From Macrostomum lignano (lineage: Eukaryota): a stretch of 64,000 nucleotides of DNA. The stretch covers positions 62,001 to 126,000 of the forward strand of contig NIVC01000557.1 in assembly GCA_002269645.1 (NCBI GenBank), written 5' to 3'. A model generated the notes under the pieces. The model did not search any database, had not been told where the DNA came from, and was given only the letters and a program-made list of their open reading frames with translations. Every line of letters starts with the position of its first letter. The first letter of the stretch is position 1. Shown one piece after another: positions 11,831-64,000 of this stretch. Made by a program: the position numbers and the translations under genes.

Positions 11831-13144
11831 CGAGGGTCACTCGAAATGTCTTTAGAATGGAAGGGAAAGAGTAAAACTTTTGTTTGCTAGCTTTCATCCA
11901 TAGACTAAATTATTTTCCGTTAATGCATGTTAAGTCTCATTGCCAGTCACTCAGCCAACTCTGAGTTAAAGCCTGATTAAACAGGCACCCTACACTAAAA
12001 GTCATGGAGCCTAAAAATTTCAATTTCTGTGCAATGATATACTATGACTCAAAATGCAACCTGACACCAGCAGAATGTTTTTCTTGGCTTGTAACTGCCT
12101 ACCCCAACAAGTCTCCATCTCAAGCGACTGTGTACAATTAGTATCACAAGTTTCGTTTGCAGCGCATCTGCCTGAGTGATGAAGGTTGTAGCAGTTGGCC
12201 CTAAACAGCTGTAACCCAGCACAACATCAATGAAGCTGAGCAACTGGTAAACGAAAACAGGCACATAACCTACGATGAGTTACAGTCGCAACTGGGCATT
12301 GGATTGGGGCAGGTGCACTCTATCCTGCACAAACACCTTGACCTACAGAAGCTATGCACTCAATAGGTGCCCCATTCGCTGTCACAGGAGCAGAGACAGG
12401 TCAGGGGGGACTGGTGCGAGAAAATGCTAAGAGAATTCGCCAGAGGAGCATCAAGGAAGGTTGTTGACATTGTTTGTGGTGATGAGACCTGGGTGATGAT
12501 GACGATGATGATGGTGATGATGACCTAGAAACAAAGCATCAGTCGACAGTCTGGTACTTCTCCGGCGATGACCATCTGACCAAGGTGTAGAGGCCCTGGA
12601 GTGTCAGAAAAAAGATGGTTGCCTCCTTCATCACCATCTCCAGCCATCTGGTGTTGGTGCCCCTGAAGGATCATCGCACAGTGCCTGCAGCATGGTACAC
12701 CAGCCATTGCCTTCCTCAAATCATCAGCGCTTGGTGCCAGAGGCAACCAAACACAGGAACCCAAGGCCTTCAGCTGCACCAGGACAACACTAGCACCCAT
12801 ACTGCATGGTTGACTTTTGCCTTCCTGGAGCAAAATGGAGTCAAACTGCTCTCCCACCCACCCTACTCGCCTGACCTGGCCCCCTGCAGCTTTTTCTTGT
12901 TTCTGACAGTCAAACAGCAGATTCGGGGCCAACAATTTGAGACCCCAGATGCAGCCCTGCAAGCTTACATGCATGCAATGGACACCATGCCAAGTTCGAC
13001 CTTCTCACACCCTTTTGAGCAGTGGTTTCACCAAATGGAGAAGTGCGTCGCTGCTGGAGGGAGTTACTTTGAAAACATTTAGAGTTTTGTTTTGTTTTTA
13101 GCATTATAACCATTCCATTATAAAAACTTTCAGACTGACCCTTG
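11831..13144 (+). mobile_element. Full-length mariner (DD34D-type) element with transposase pseudogene 12004-13082
   Basis: TA-flanked imperfect TIRs CGAGGGTCACTCGAAATGTCTTTAGAATGGAA / reverse complement CAAGGGTCAGTCTGAAAGTTTTTATAATGGAA; 1314 bp. Motifs (W>stop)VPHSLS, GDETWV, LHQDNTSTH, HPPYSPDLAPCSFFLF (third Asp replaced by Ser); in-frame stops and a (GAT)n insertion. Confidence 0.92.
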
Positions 13145-14246
13145 TATATAGCTCATAAGAAATTATATTAAACCATGTTAGGATTAGGAGTAAGACAATT
13201 TAAGTGCAGTCATGGTCTTTTTTGCCTAAGCTACTTATTTATTTATTTAGATCTACTTTTATAAATGAACTGGTTTGATTTGGTATTTTGCTGCTATTAG
13301 ATTTCTAAAATTCCTTAATCTTAGCAATAGAGATTAAATAATTAAGATAAATCCAAGAGATTTGTTTTATTCAAAAGATCCAAATGAACCAAATGAATTC
13401 TCCTCTCTCTTCTCTTCTCTCTTATTTCATCTCTTTTTTCTCTCTACTTTATTCCCTCTCCTTTTCTCTTATCTGACCCACAGCCATGAGCTAGATTCTT
13501 TATCTGGCCCATAAGGCAAAAAGATTGTTAACCCCTGGCTGAAGAAGAAATTCTGACATATACTATCAAGCCAATGCCTATCAGTGACTCATCTATACCT
13601 GTATATTTATTGCACTTTAGTTGCTAAAACCTATAGTTCCTCTAATACTTATAAAATTCTATTCATTTGATTGTGGTAATAAAAAATTGAAAAACATTGC
13701 AGGGGAAATCCCAATGCTAAAAATAGCTTTACTTTGGTAAGAAAGGGAGAATCCCTGTTTGATTGACTTTACGAACCCTCTTTACCCCACCCCATAACAT
13801 TTAACTTCAACGCAATATGCGATGTGTGCTATGTACATTGCTGCGTACGTTATCGGTCTAATCAATATGAACTGTGTGGCCTGCGTGAAAATTGCAGCAT
13901 ACCACCAATTAAAGTAATTATTAAACAGGTAGGCGGACTAGCGATTGGTTTTTTGTTAGATTTCGTGTGTACACCAACCTCTCCACTCTCCAGCCTTAAC
14001 TTGCTAAGCCTTTTTTCTACCTACCCTATCGCGCGTTCTGAAGCCCCATGTGACCCATTGTTGATAGGCTGATTTTAAGTGCCGATGCCAGTCAAATTGG
14101 TTATATAATAAAAGGTCCAATATACATATTTTACACTTGCACACTTGCACTTCAAGTGATTTGGTCGACTCTTGTGTGTGCGCTAGTGCCTCCATCAACA
14201 GCGGCTAGATTTGCAGTGTAGTCAGTCAGTCAATAAAATTAGAAAA

Positions 14247-15023
14247 ATGGGACTTCGTCGCCGAATTGAACGCTTGCTAAACCGCAGCGACCGACGTAGA
14301 TCTTCCAGTCAACCGCGTTGCTGTCAGCTAGAGCGTCAACAGCAGCAGCAACATGATCTTGGAGCAAAGCCACAGTTAGGTAGGCGAGGCCCCTTAGCAA
14401 CAAGCAATCAGCAATTATGTCATCTATCAAAGCGATACGGTTGCGAGATTGATATTGTTTCTACTAGTGGCAATCATTATTCAAGCTTCTCAACCACGTC
14501 ATCAAAGTCTTCCTCGTCAGCTTCCGAGTCAACAAATTGTCATCGAGACAGCATCGTTGACGCCTGGCGTTCGTCCTCTAATAATCCCAGACGAATGCAC
14601 TTTCTACGCCTAGAAACTGGCGCAGATACGTCTTGCTGCGTGGCCGAATTATCGACAACTTCCGGTTCGTCGTTGCCTTCAACGACATCGTCTGGCAATG
14701 GTGGCAGTGGCGCTGCCGTCTACGAAGAAATTGTCGAACCGCTGTACGATCGAGTCGATAGCGGCGACACTCGCTTGTCAGTAGATGATGAAGGCGGCTA
14801 TCGCTACAGCGACGGTTACTGGCGATATGCTTCGCTGCCTCGTCGACAGCATCGAATTCGGCCGACAATTCCGCTTCCTGCACCGCCACTGCAGCTGCAG
14901 CCACTGCCGCCGTTGAATGCTCAGCAGTTGCATCATCAGCATCATCACCAGCAGCAGCAGCGCCTGTTGCCTCTGGGCTGCACCCAAATCGACTGGAGAG
15001 GCGTTAAATGCACCAGTTTTTAA
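14247..15023 (+). CDS. Uncharacterised low-complexity/disordered protein (258 aa) with SH2, SH3 and PDZ ligand-like motifs
   Basis: 777-bp open frame with AAAAATGG start context. GC content and poly-Gln/Ser style match neighbouring real exons; AT-rich 3' flank. No family recognised. Confidence 0.6.
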   Translation: MGLRRRIERLLNRSDRRRSSSQPRCCQLERQQQQQHDLGAKPQLGRRGPLATSNQQLCHLSKRYGCEIDIVSTSGNHYSSFSTTSSKSSSSASESTNCHRDSIVDAWRSSSNNPRRMHFLRLETGADTSCCVAELSTTSGSSLPSTTSSGNGGSGAAVYEEIVEPLYDRVDSGDTRLSVDDEGGYRYSDGYWRYASLPRRQHRIRPTIPLPAPPLQLQPLPPLNAQQLHHQHHHQQQQRLLPLGCTQIDWRGVKCTSF

Positions 15024-15694
15024 AGCAACTTTTTTAATTTCATTTTTTAAACGGAGAAATGCTTTTATTTCTACTGCTTAATCAGTAGCGTGTTGCGACA
15101 CATTAATAATTATAGCACAAAAACGCAAAACCTTTTTTACTATTTTCATATTTTTACTCGATGAATAGTTTCAATTTTAACATTCGCATTTTTCTCTTTC
15201 AAGGTTCCAAGCTTGCCCTGGATTCTTTGCTTGTACTTTGTTTCTTAATAAAATAATGCCTGTTTTGCCCCAGCGCTTGGTACTTTACTCGCTGCTGCTG
15301 ACTGCTGTTTTTTAATTGCTTCATTTTATAATAGTTTTATTGTAGTCTTCAGCTACTGGCTAGCCTATGATATGCTGAACTTACGCTTTTTAAACTCCTA
15401 TTTGATTTTAATTGCTTACTGTTGTATTGTGAGCACGAGTGTTTTACAATAACTTTTTTATCATTCATAATTTCTGTCGTAAAATTGCTACTCAAACAGT
15501 GTGTTTTATTTTATCAAATAAAAATATTAACAGTGCGTGTATGATTTTCGAGACTACTTAGAGACGTGACATTAGATTGCTTATATTGTTTGTTTAAAAT
15601 TATTTCTTTTAGTAACAAAAAATAACAAACTGTGAGTCCTAGTGATAACACCTTAGAGTGTAAATTACGAGTTAAATTTTTATTAAGTGTCTTT

Positions 15695-15900
15695 GAGAAA
15701 GACACTTAACTATGCATTGCTTCAATTCAACCAGCTGTAAAATGGGTGCCAGCATTATCTGGGGCAATTGAGGGTGTGTGTGGCGACCCCCCAGTCCTTG
15801 GACTGAACAGCCGTACGCAGCCTTCAGATGCGCCTCGCAATAGCTGCGGCTGAGCTGTCGGTTGCACATCTGGCCCAATTGGGACAGGTGTAATCAATTA
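15695..15900 (+). mobile_element. CORE-SINE copy 2 (5'-truncated)
   Basis: Starts at GACACTTAAC...CCAGCTGTAAAATGGG and carries the shared 3' region; followed by an (ATT/ATC)n tail. Confidence 0.85.
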
Positions 15901-16114
15901 TCATTATTTTATCATTAACATTATCATTATCACTATTTTTTATTATTACGAGCGTGTGCTGCGTGTTCAAAGATCATTGAAGTCGGGCATGGCTGCTCGC
16001 TTCTTTGGTGGTAGCGAATTAAAATTTCAATGGAATCATATCCCAGTAATCGATCTAGGGCATTAATATCAATAATGTATGCATTTCAGTTTAATATAAT
16101 CAGCTAAAAAAGCA

Positions 16115-17974
16115 ATGCAATCAACAGCAAAAGAATCTGACAGAAGCAAAGAACAATTATTCAATCGTCGCGAAGATGTCATTGTAAAATTGGCTCTATT
16201 AAACTGTGCCGTTCAAAGCTATCGGTTTGAAACCGCTGCTAAGCCGTTTCCGCCGCAATTTCGGACAGCACAATCGGACGAGTCGAAAGATATCGAAGCG
16301 CTTCGACGGTTGCTTAGCAGAATCTGTCGTCAGTTAGTTGACTTTCTCAGCCTTGATGATGGATCGGCTGCTGGAAGCTTGAGAAATTGGTTGTCAACTG
16401 GTTTAACTTACACGTTGGAGCGTAGATTGCCATTGTCGGATGCTTTCTCTGATATTCAATGCCGAGTTTTAAATCTTGATAGTTTAAATCGTCCAGAGCA
16501 AGCTCAACAGCACCAGCCCAGTCTGGTGTACAAGGTGGATTATAACGACAAAATTGAACGAAGATTTTCTGAACTAAAATCTGGTAGAAATACTTTCTTT
16601 GGGTGAGAAGTTTGTTTTATTGATTTTAAATTTTCCCTCAGAAACTTTACATAGCAACAAGCCTCAGCTATCCGTAAATTTCCCACAGCAACAAGGCTTA
16701 GCTATCCATAAATTTCCCATAGCAACAAGCGCCTTAGCTGTTCCCAAATCTCCCATGGCAACAAGCCTTAGCCATCTATAATTTCCCATAGCAACAAGCC
16801 TTAGCTATCCATAGATTTCCCTTAGCAACCAGAAGTATCTATCCATAAATTTCTCATAGCAACAAGCCTTAGTTATTTACAAATCTACCATGGCAACAAG
16901 CCTTAACTATCGATAAATTTTCCATAGCAACAAGCCTTATCTGTCCACAAATCTCTCATAGCAACGAGCCTTAGCTATCCATAGATTTCCCTTAGCAACC
17001 AAGAGTATCTATACACAAATCTACCATAGCAACAAGCCTTAGCTGTCCATAGATTTCCCTTAGCAACCAAGAGTATCTATACACAAATCTACCATAGCAA
17101 CAAGCCTTAGCTGTCCATAGATTTCCCTTAGTAACCAAGAGTATCTATTCACAAATCTACCATAGCAACAAGCCTTAGCTGTCCATAGATTTCCCTTAGC
17201 AACCAGGAATTTCCCTTAAATCTACCTATAAATTTCCCATAGCAACAAACTATTATCTACCCCCCCTCTGATTGGCACAATCTCAGCTACCACGGCAGTC
17301 GAGCAGACAATCTGCACTCAATCCTATCCAACGGCCTGTGCGCCCATCTGAGCTACGGCCGCCAGCCCCTATACGGCGAAGGTGTCTACCTATCTACCGA
17401 TGTAGGCGTAGCCCTCGCCTTTGCCTCATCGGGTACTGCTCAACCGCTTAGCGATCGACTCCAATGCGTAGTAGTTGCCGAAGTGATCGATCAACCTGAT
17501 CTTGTGAAACGTCGGCGTCGTCGTTGCCATAGCAACAGAGCCGATGATAGCAACGAAGTTGACGATTTACCAAACGAATACTATGTAGTGAGTAGTAGCG
17601 AACTTGTCATTGTTCGTTACGTTCTATTGTTCTCGTCTATTGAACCTAGTAGACTGCTTGCAATTAGTGCCAGCAATAATAGGCATACTACTCGTACTAC
17701 TAGTAGTAGAAGAGGCTATCTCAATCGTCTAATTAATGATAATCGAGCTTGGATTGGCGCCATCGTTTATTTATTGTTGCTGCTAATACTGCCGCGGTTG
17801 CATGCCTGGCTGTCCGCCTGTCTGACTGGCGGTGTCAGTCAGGATGAAGCTGAGTTGGAAGCTGCGCTACAGTCCGCTGCGGAGGCGTCAACGTCTTCTA
17901 CTAGTGGAGACTCAACATCCGCTTCTGGTGGTGATGAAGCATTCGGTTGGGGTGTCACCTGGGGTGCGGACTGA
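16115..17974 (+). CDS. PARP16: PARP16-like ER mono-ADP-ribosyltransferase; exons 16115-16602, 17287-17974
   Basis: Phase-2 GT-AG intron joins TFFG|YHGSRADNLHSILSNGL...LYGEGVYLSTD...CVVVAEVIDQPD...LPNEYYVV...VRYVLLFS. H-Y-Y triad, N-terminal AVQSYRFETAAKPFP and a C-terminal TM helix match recalled PARP16 motifs. Confidence 0.88.
16645..17250. repeat. ~34-bp (68-bp dimer) minisatellite built around CCATAGCAAC/CTTAGCAAC in the PARP16 intron
   Basis: About 18 cores counted. Confidence 0.9.
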
Positions 17975-18099
17975 TGGGTCTTTGTGATTGTAATTATAAT
18001 CACTCTTTCATTGTAAATAAACTCGAAGTAGACGCTAATCTGGGGAGATGTACATGTAGATGGTTTGGTAGCCTGAATCGATTCTGCGAGTGTACACAC

Positions 18100-18108
18100 A
18101 CACAGAGA

Positions 18109-18192
<84 letters not shown>

Positions 18193-18203
18193 GAGAGAGA
18201 GAG
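18100..18203. repeat. (CA)n(GA)n microsatellite
   Basis: Direct. Confidence 0.95.
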
Positions 18204-18234
18204 TATTTTTTATTGTGTATATACTGTATACAGA

Positions 18235-18540
18235 GGGGGGTTGTACCGTAGCCTGGTGGTTAGAGCGTCGACTCACGACTTGAAGGTCTGGGGTTCGATT
18301 CTCAACCCACTTGGAATCATTTTTGTGCCCTTAAGCAAGACACTTTTAACTCTGCATTGCTTCAGTTCACCCAGCTGTAAAATGGGTGCCAGCACTAGCT
18401 GGGGTAATCGAGGGTGTGTGGCGACCCCCCAGTCCTTGGACTGAACAGCCGTACGCAGCCTTCAGATGCGCCGCGCAATAGCTGCGGCTGAGCTGTCGGT
18501 TGCACATCTGGCCTAATTGGACAGGTGCAATCAATTAATC
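18235..18540 (+). mobile_element. CORE-SINE copy 3 (full length)
   Basis: tRNA-like head with A/B boxes; CORE-like TGTGCCCTTAAGCAAGACACTT...CTGTAAAATGGG; shared 3' tail. Confidence 0.88.
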
Positions 18541-19429
18541 TTATATCTAAAGCTGAGTGGATCGATCGACCGGCCGGGTTTAACGCGTATCTCCTCCTAG
18601 ACGGCTGCCAACTCAAATGCGAGACTTATATATATCAATGCAGAATTTTCCTACGCAACAAATAGGCTATTTTAATGTTGAAATTTCCAAAATTAAGTCA
18701 GTTAAAAAAGCAGAAAACTGTTTTCTTAACCTTCTTTGGCCACTTTGCCTCTCCAGTGGAGAGGTAGTGGCATAATTGTAAAAACAACCACCCCAACCTC
18801 CTCCCGCGGGTCGCTGTGTATTGGAGGGGTGGGTGACGCGTGTTCTGGGTTCAATGCTAATAAAACCCCCGCGTGTTGGGGGTGAAGTAAAATTTAATGA
18901 TTCCCCCGGAATAGGGGGCTTGGTTTGGGCTGAGTGTACATAGCAATGTACTGTGTAAACAGATAGATAAGGACTGTGTCGAGATTCAATTGGTTTTATT
19001 ATCGGCGTCTTTCAAGACTGTATTTAGCTGGGCAGCTAAATTCAATGAATAAACTTGCGAGCCTCTTACTAGCTAGCAGGCAGTGAATGTACACTCGATA
19101 GATACTTCAATGCTTTAAATCGGGAAGTTCAAACGCTAACTGTTCCTTGAGTTTTAAGCTTTGAGAGGAGAGATTATATATTGCTGGAAAGATCTTGCAA
19201 CGCTGAGTTTGGGGATATAAGTTATTTGCTTTAAATATGAAAACAAAAAGCACAGCATTGAAAAAACGATTTCCATACTTTTAAACTTTCTGCCAAGATT
19301 GTAGTTGGGGGAGGTTGCGTACACAAATTCAAGCCAGCTATCATTTGAAGTAATTTCAGTGATGGAGGAGGCGGGTGATAAATTTCAATTGGTTTGATTA
19401 TCGGCGCTTTCAGTCCGTCAGATAAGAGA

Positions 19430-20745
19430 GTAGAGAGAAGAGATTTCAAGGAGAAGAGAGGATAGAAAGATGATGGAAAAGACAGTAGATATGAGAGCTG
19501 AGAGATTAAAGACGAGTCGACGACAGAGGGGAGAGAAGAGGGGAGTGAGGTGGGAATGATGAAGAGGGAGAGCGAAGAGAAGAGAATGTAGAGGGAAGAA
19601 AGGAGGGGAGAGAGGAAAAATGAGAGAGCAAAGGAGGGAGGAAAGATGGGAGGAGAGAGGAGGGATAGGAGAGTACAGAGGAGAGAGAAGAAAAAGGAGA
19701 GATGAGACAGGAGACGGTAGAGAGGAGAGGGGAAAGATGAGAGAATAGAGATGAGAAAATAGAGATGAGAGCGCAGAGAAGAGAGATGAGAGATGGGAGA
19801 TGATTGATAAGAAAATAAGAGTAGAGATGAGATAGGAGATAAGAGCAGAGAGAAGAGATTAGATAAAGGAGCAAAGAGGAGAGAGGAGACAAGAGAGAGT
19901 CTCAGTCTGGACCATGGCAGTCAACTTTTGCAAACAGGGAAAACATGCTATGGTATTTCAGAGGTTTTATGGAGGATTTTGAAAATTTTTTGACGTAGAC
20001 CCAAACAATTAAAAAGCATATTTTTATGGACCAGTTTCATAGTCTTGATTGACTGAAATTTGATAGAGATAATATTTTTTAAATTGATGGATTGTAGCTT
20101 GAAGGAGAAGATACACACTGAATTGCAGTTTAACGGAGAGAGAGGATTTTGATGATATCTGTTTCATAGAGAGGATGAAATGGCTAAATGAAAGGGAGTA
20201 GAGAAAAGAGAAAAGGAAAGGGTAGATAAAATATGAGATGAAATAGAACATAAAAAGAGAGAATTAAAAGGGACAGATTAGAGAAAAGAAAAAAAGAGAA
20301 TAAAGGCGAGAGAAGAGATGAGGAAATTTAGAGGAGAGAGGAGAGGGGGTAAGAGAGGAGAAAGAGGAGATAGAGGGAGTAGAGCCGAAAGACGAGAGAG
20401 AAGAGATAAATGAGTAGAGATGAGGGGGGAGAGAGAGGAGAGAGAAACGAGAAGATAAGGGAGAGACAAGAGGGGAGAAAGTAGAGAGATGAGAGAGCAG
20501 AGAGGAGATAAAGGAGAGGAGAGAGAAGAGATAAAAGAGGAGAGAGGAAAAAGTAGTGAAGAGAAAGAAGAGAGTAGATATGAGAGCGCATAAAGAAGAG
20601 ATAAGGGAGTAGAGATGAGAGATGAGAGATGAGATGAGAAATGATAGATAAACGAGCAGACGAGAGCAGAGAGGAGATAGGAGAGATTAGAGATGAGAGA
20701 ACGAAGGGAAGAGAGGGACAGACGAGAGTCTCAGTCTCAGTCTCA
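19430..20745. repeat. Purine-rich (GA) low-complexity tracts with a unique insert (~19900-20170)
   Basis: Direct; explains the Leu/Ser-rich minus-strand ORFs. Confidence 0.8.
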
Positions 20746-21764
20746 GGGAGGGGGTTCAATTTCTAACTGCCACTGTGTATTGGAAGGTTGATTTAGATTG
20801 CGCAATCTTTTTGTTAACTTTACCGAGACAGATACTGCCTGACTGAGAAAAAAAATTGCGCAATCAATTGATTCAATTAGTTCAAATTTACTTATTGGCG
20901 CCTTTTAATAGCTAGGTAGGCAGCTCTGTGCAGCTCTAACCCTAACCATAACCCTAACAAATGAATCCTGAGAGTTGAGTTCTGTTTGACGGAGAAAATT
21001 TCGATCGAGTCCAGTTTGACGGAGAGGATTTCGATGGTTTACAGTTACACGGAGAGGATTTTGATGAATTTAGACAACAGTTGGATGATGGGATTCGGGT
21101 CATGGGATTCAGCTGATGGAGTTCAGGGAACGGAATTCCGGTGATGAGAGTTCTTCCCCTTTCTCCTCCAACGGAGGAGTTGGCCTCGTAATAATATATT
21201 ATTGAGTGTATAAATCGCGCAAAGGCGTTGCGCGCAAACAGATTACTTATCAGGTGTTTTATTACTGTTATACCGGTAGTCGATCTCTGTGAAATTGAAG
21301 ATTTCATGTCTATTTTCTATCTGGCATTAATGTAAAAAATTGCTTCATTTTATATACTCGGTTTTTTGTTTTTTTTTGTTTAAAAAAATCACAATATCCT
21401 TGCCTATAGTGTTCAAGTTTGATGAGTTGTATAAAAATATATTTTATCTATTTTTGTTTATAACAATCTTGTGCAATATGAGCGCGTAGATTTTTATTAC
21501 GTGTGTAAAGTTTCTAAATTAAATTTTACACTATATTTTTAGTAATGTCTATCAATTGGTAATTGAATAAATTAGTGTTTTATTCAGAAGCAAGACTGTT
21601 ATTAATATTATTAGTTTGATTGGTTAATTAATTGATTGGCCAACTAAAACCTAGAAGTTTTTCAATGAATTCTATTGTATTTTGTCAAGTATACATGTAT
21701 ACTAATGAACATGTGTTTTTGTCTTTGTCTTTTGGCCTTCGATGTTGCATGCGCTATCACTTAA

Positions 21765-22445
21765 TCCTGTGATCTTTTTGTCCTGTGATCCTCTAGTCCT
21801 GTGGTCCCTTAGTCTTGTGATCCTTTAGTCCTGTGCTTTAGTCCTGTGATCCGTTAGTCATGTGATCCCATAGTCCTGTGATCCCATAGTCCTGTGATCC
21901 CATAGTCCTGTGATCCTCTAGTCTTGTGATCCCCTAGTCCTGTGATCCTTTTATCCTGTGATCCTTTAATCCTGTTTTCCTTTTGTCCTGTGATCTTCTA
22001 GTCCTGTGATCCCCTAGTCCTGTGATCCCCTAGTCCTGTGATCCTTTAGTCCTGTGCTCCTCTAGTCCTGTGATCCTCTAGTCCTGTGATCCTCTAGTCT
22101 TGTGATCCCCTAGTTCTGTGATCCTTTTATCCTGTGATCCTTTAATCCTGTTATCCTTTTGTCCTGTGATCTTCTAGTCCTGTGATCCCCTAGTCCTGTG
22201 ATCCCCTAGTCCTGTGATCCTTTAGTCCTGTGCTCCTCTAGTCCTGTGATCCTCTAGTCCTGTGATCCTTTAGTCATGTGATCCCTTAGTCCTTTGATCC
22301 CTTAATCTTGTGATCCTTTAGCCATGTGATCCCCTAGTCCTGTGATCCTTTAGTCCTGTGATCCTTAAGTCCTGTGATCCCTAATTATGTGATCCCTTAT
22401 TCTGTGATCCCTAACTCTGTGATCCTTTAGTCCCGTGATCCTTAA
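21765..22445. repeat. 16-bp minisatellite (CCTTTAGTCCTGTGAT)n upstream of the BLTP1 ATG, possibly in a 5'UTR intron
   Basis: About 40 units. Confidence 0.92.
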
Positions 22446-22632
22446 TCAAGATCAACTTTACTTTTTCTGACATACAATGCACTACTATCTATCAATAGTA
22501 GTCACAATTGCTTTCGTATGCTTTTTCAAATTTCCAGCAAAATTTCTAGCAGCTAAGTCAATTAAAAAATACAACAAGTTTCTCGCCCAATCACGGGTCG
22601 AAAAAAATATCGACAGACGGACAGTGGCAGTG

Positions 22633-64000
<41,368 letters not shown>

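Noticed and set aside
13480-13540. hAT-like terminus (GGCCC...AAAAAG...ACCCCTG)
   Set aside because: No matching left terminus or TSD found; too short to support.
16645-17250. CRISPR-like repeat/spacer appearance of this and other arrays
   Set aside because: The spacers are variants of one another rather than unique sequences, there are no cas genes, and the context is a eukaryotic intron.
20954-21307. 117-aa minus-strand ORF divergent from BLTP1
   Set aside because: Largely made of a triplicated subrepeat and telomere-like DNA, with no recognisable domain.
22477-22632. Upstream ATG (22477) as the BLTP1 start
   Set aside because: It lies in AT-rich sequence upstream of acceptor-like TTTCCAG/TTTCTAG sites; 22633 fits BLTP1 N-terminal length better, though this is unproven.

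Overview
Eukaryotic (metazoan) genomic DNA. It is most plausibly a rhabditophoran flatworm such as Macrostomum; this is inferred from GC-rich, poly-Ala/Gly/Gln-laden exons, AT-rich flanks and minisatellite-filled introns, and is not proven. Four genes were assembled by hand from GT-AG junctions with consistent phases: a 3-exon TMEM127-like gene (minus, 2030-5085), an orphan disordered ORF with signalling motifs (14247-15023), a 2-exon PARP16-like mono-ADP-ribosyltransferase (16115-17974), and the first 30 exons (about 4,550 codons) of a BLTP1/KIAA1109/Tweek/LPD-3 bridge-like lipid transfer protein gene (22633 to beyond the window end). The BLTP1 gene has four single-base deletions that look like assembly errors. 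The 5-14 kb intergenic block holds decayed MULE and mariner transposons. A tRNA-derived CORE-SINE occurs five times. The most striking observations are: (1) almost every intron carries its own private minisatellite, one of which is built from copies of its own splice junction; (2) a 63-bp 28S rRNA helix-69 / R2-target fragment lies antisense in a TMEM127 intron; (3) an RFX X-box half-site array fills the PARP16 intron; (4) two phase-complementary candidate microexons sit downstream of RBFOX motifs in BLTP1 intron 23; (5) a CGATA palindrome family and SINEs occur in inverted orientation across BLTP1 introns. No database searches were run, and homology calls rest on recalled family motifs.
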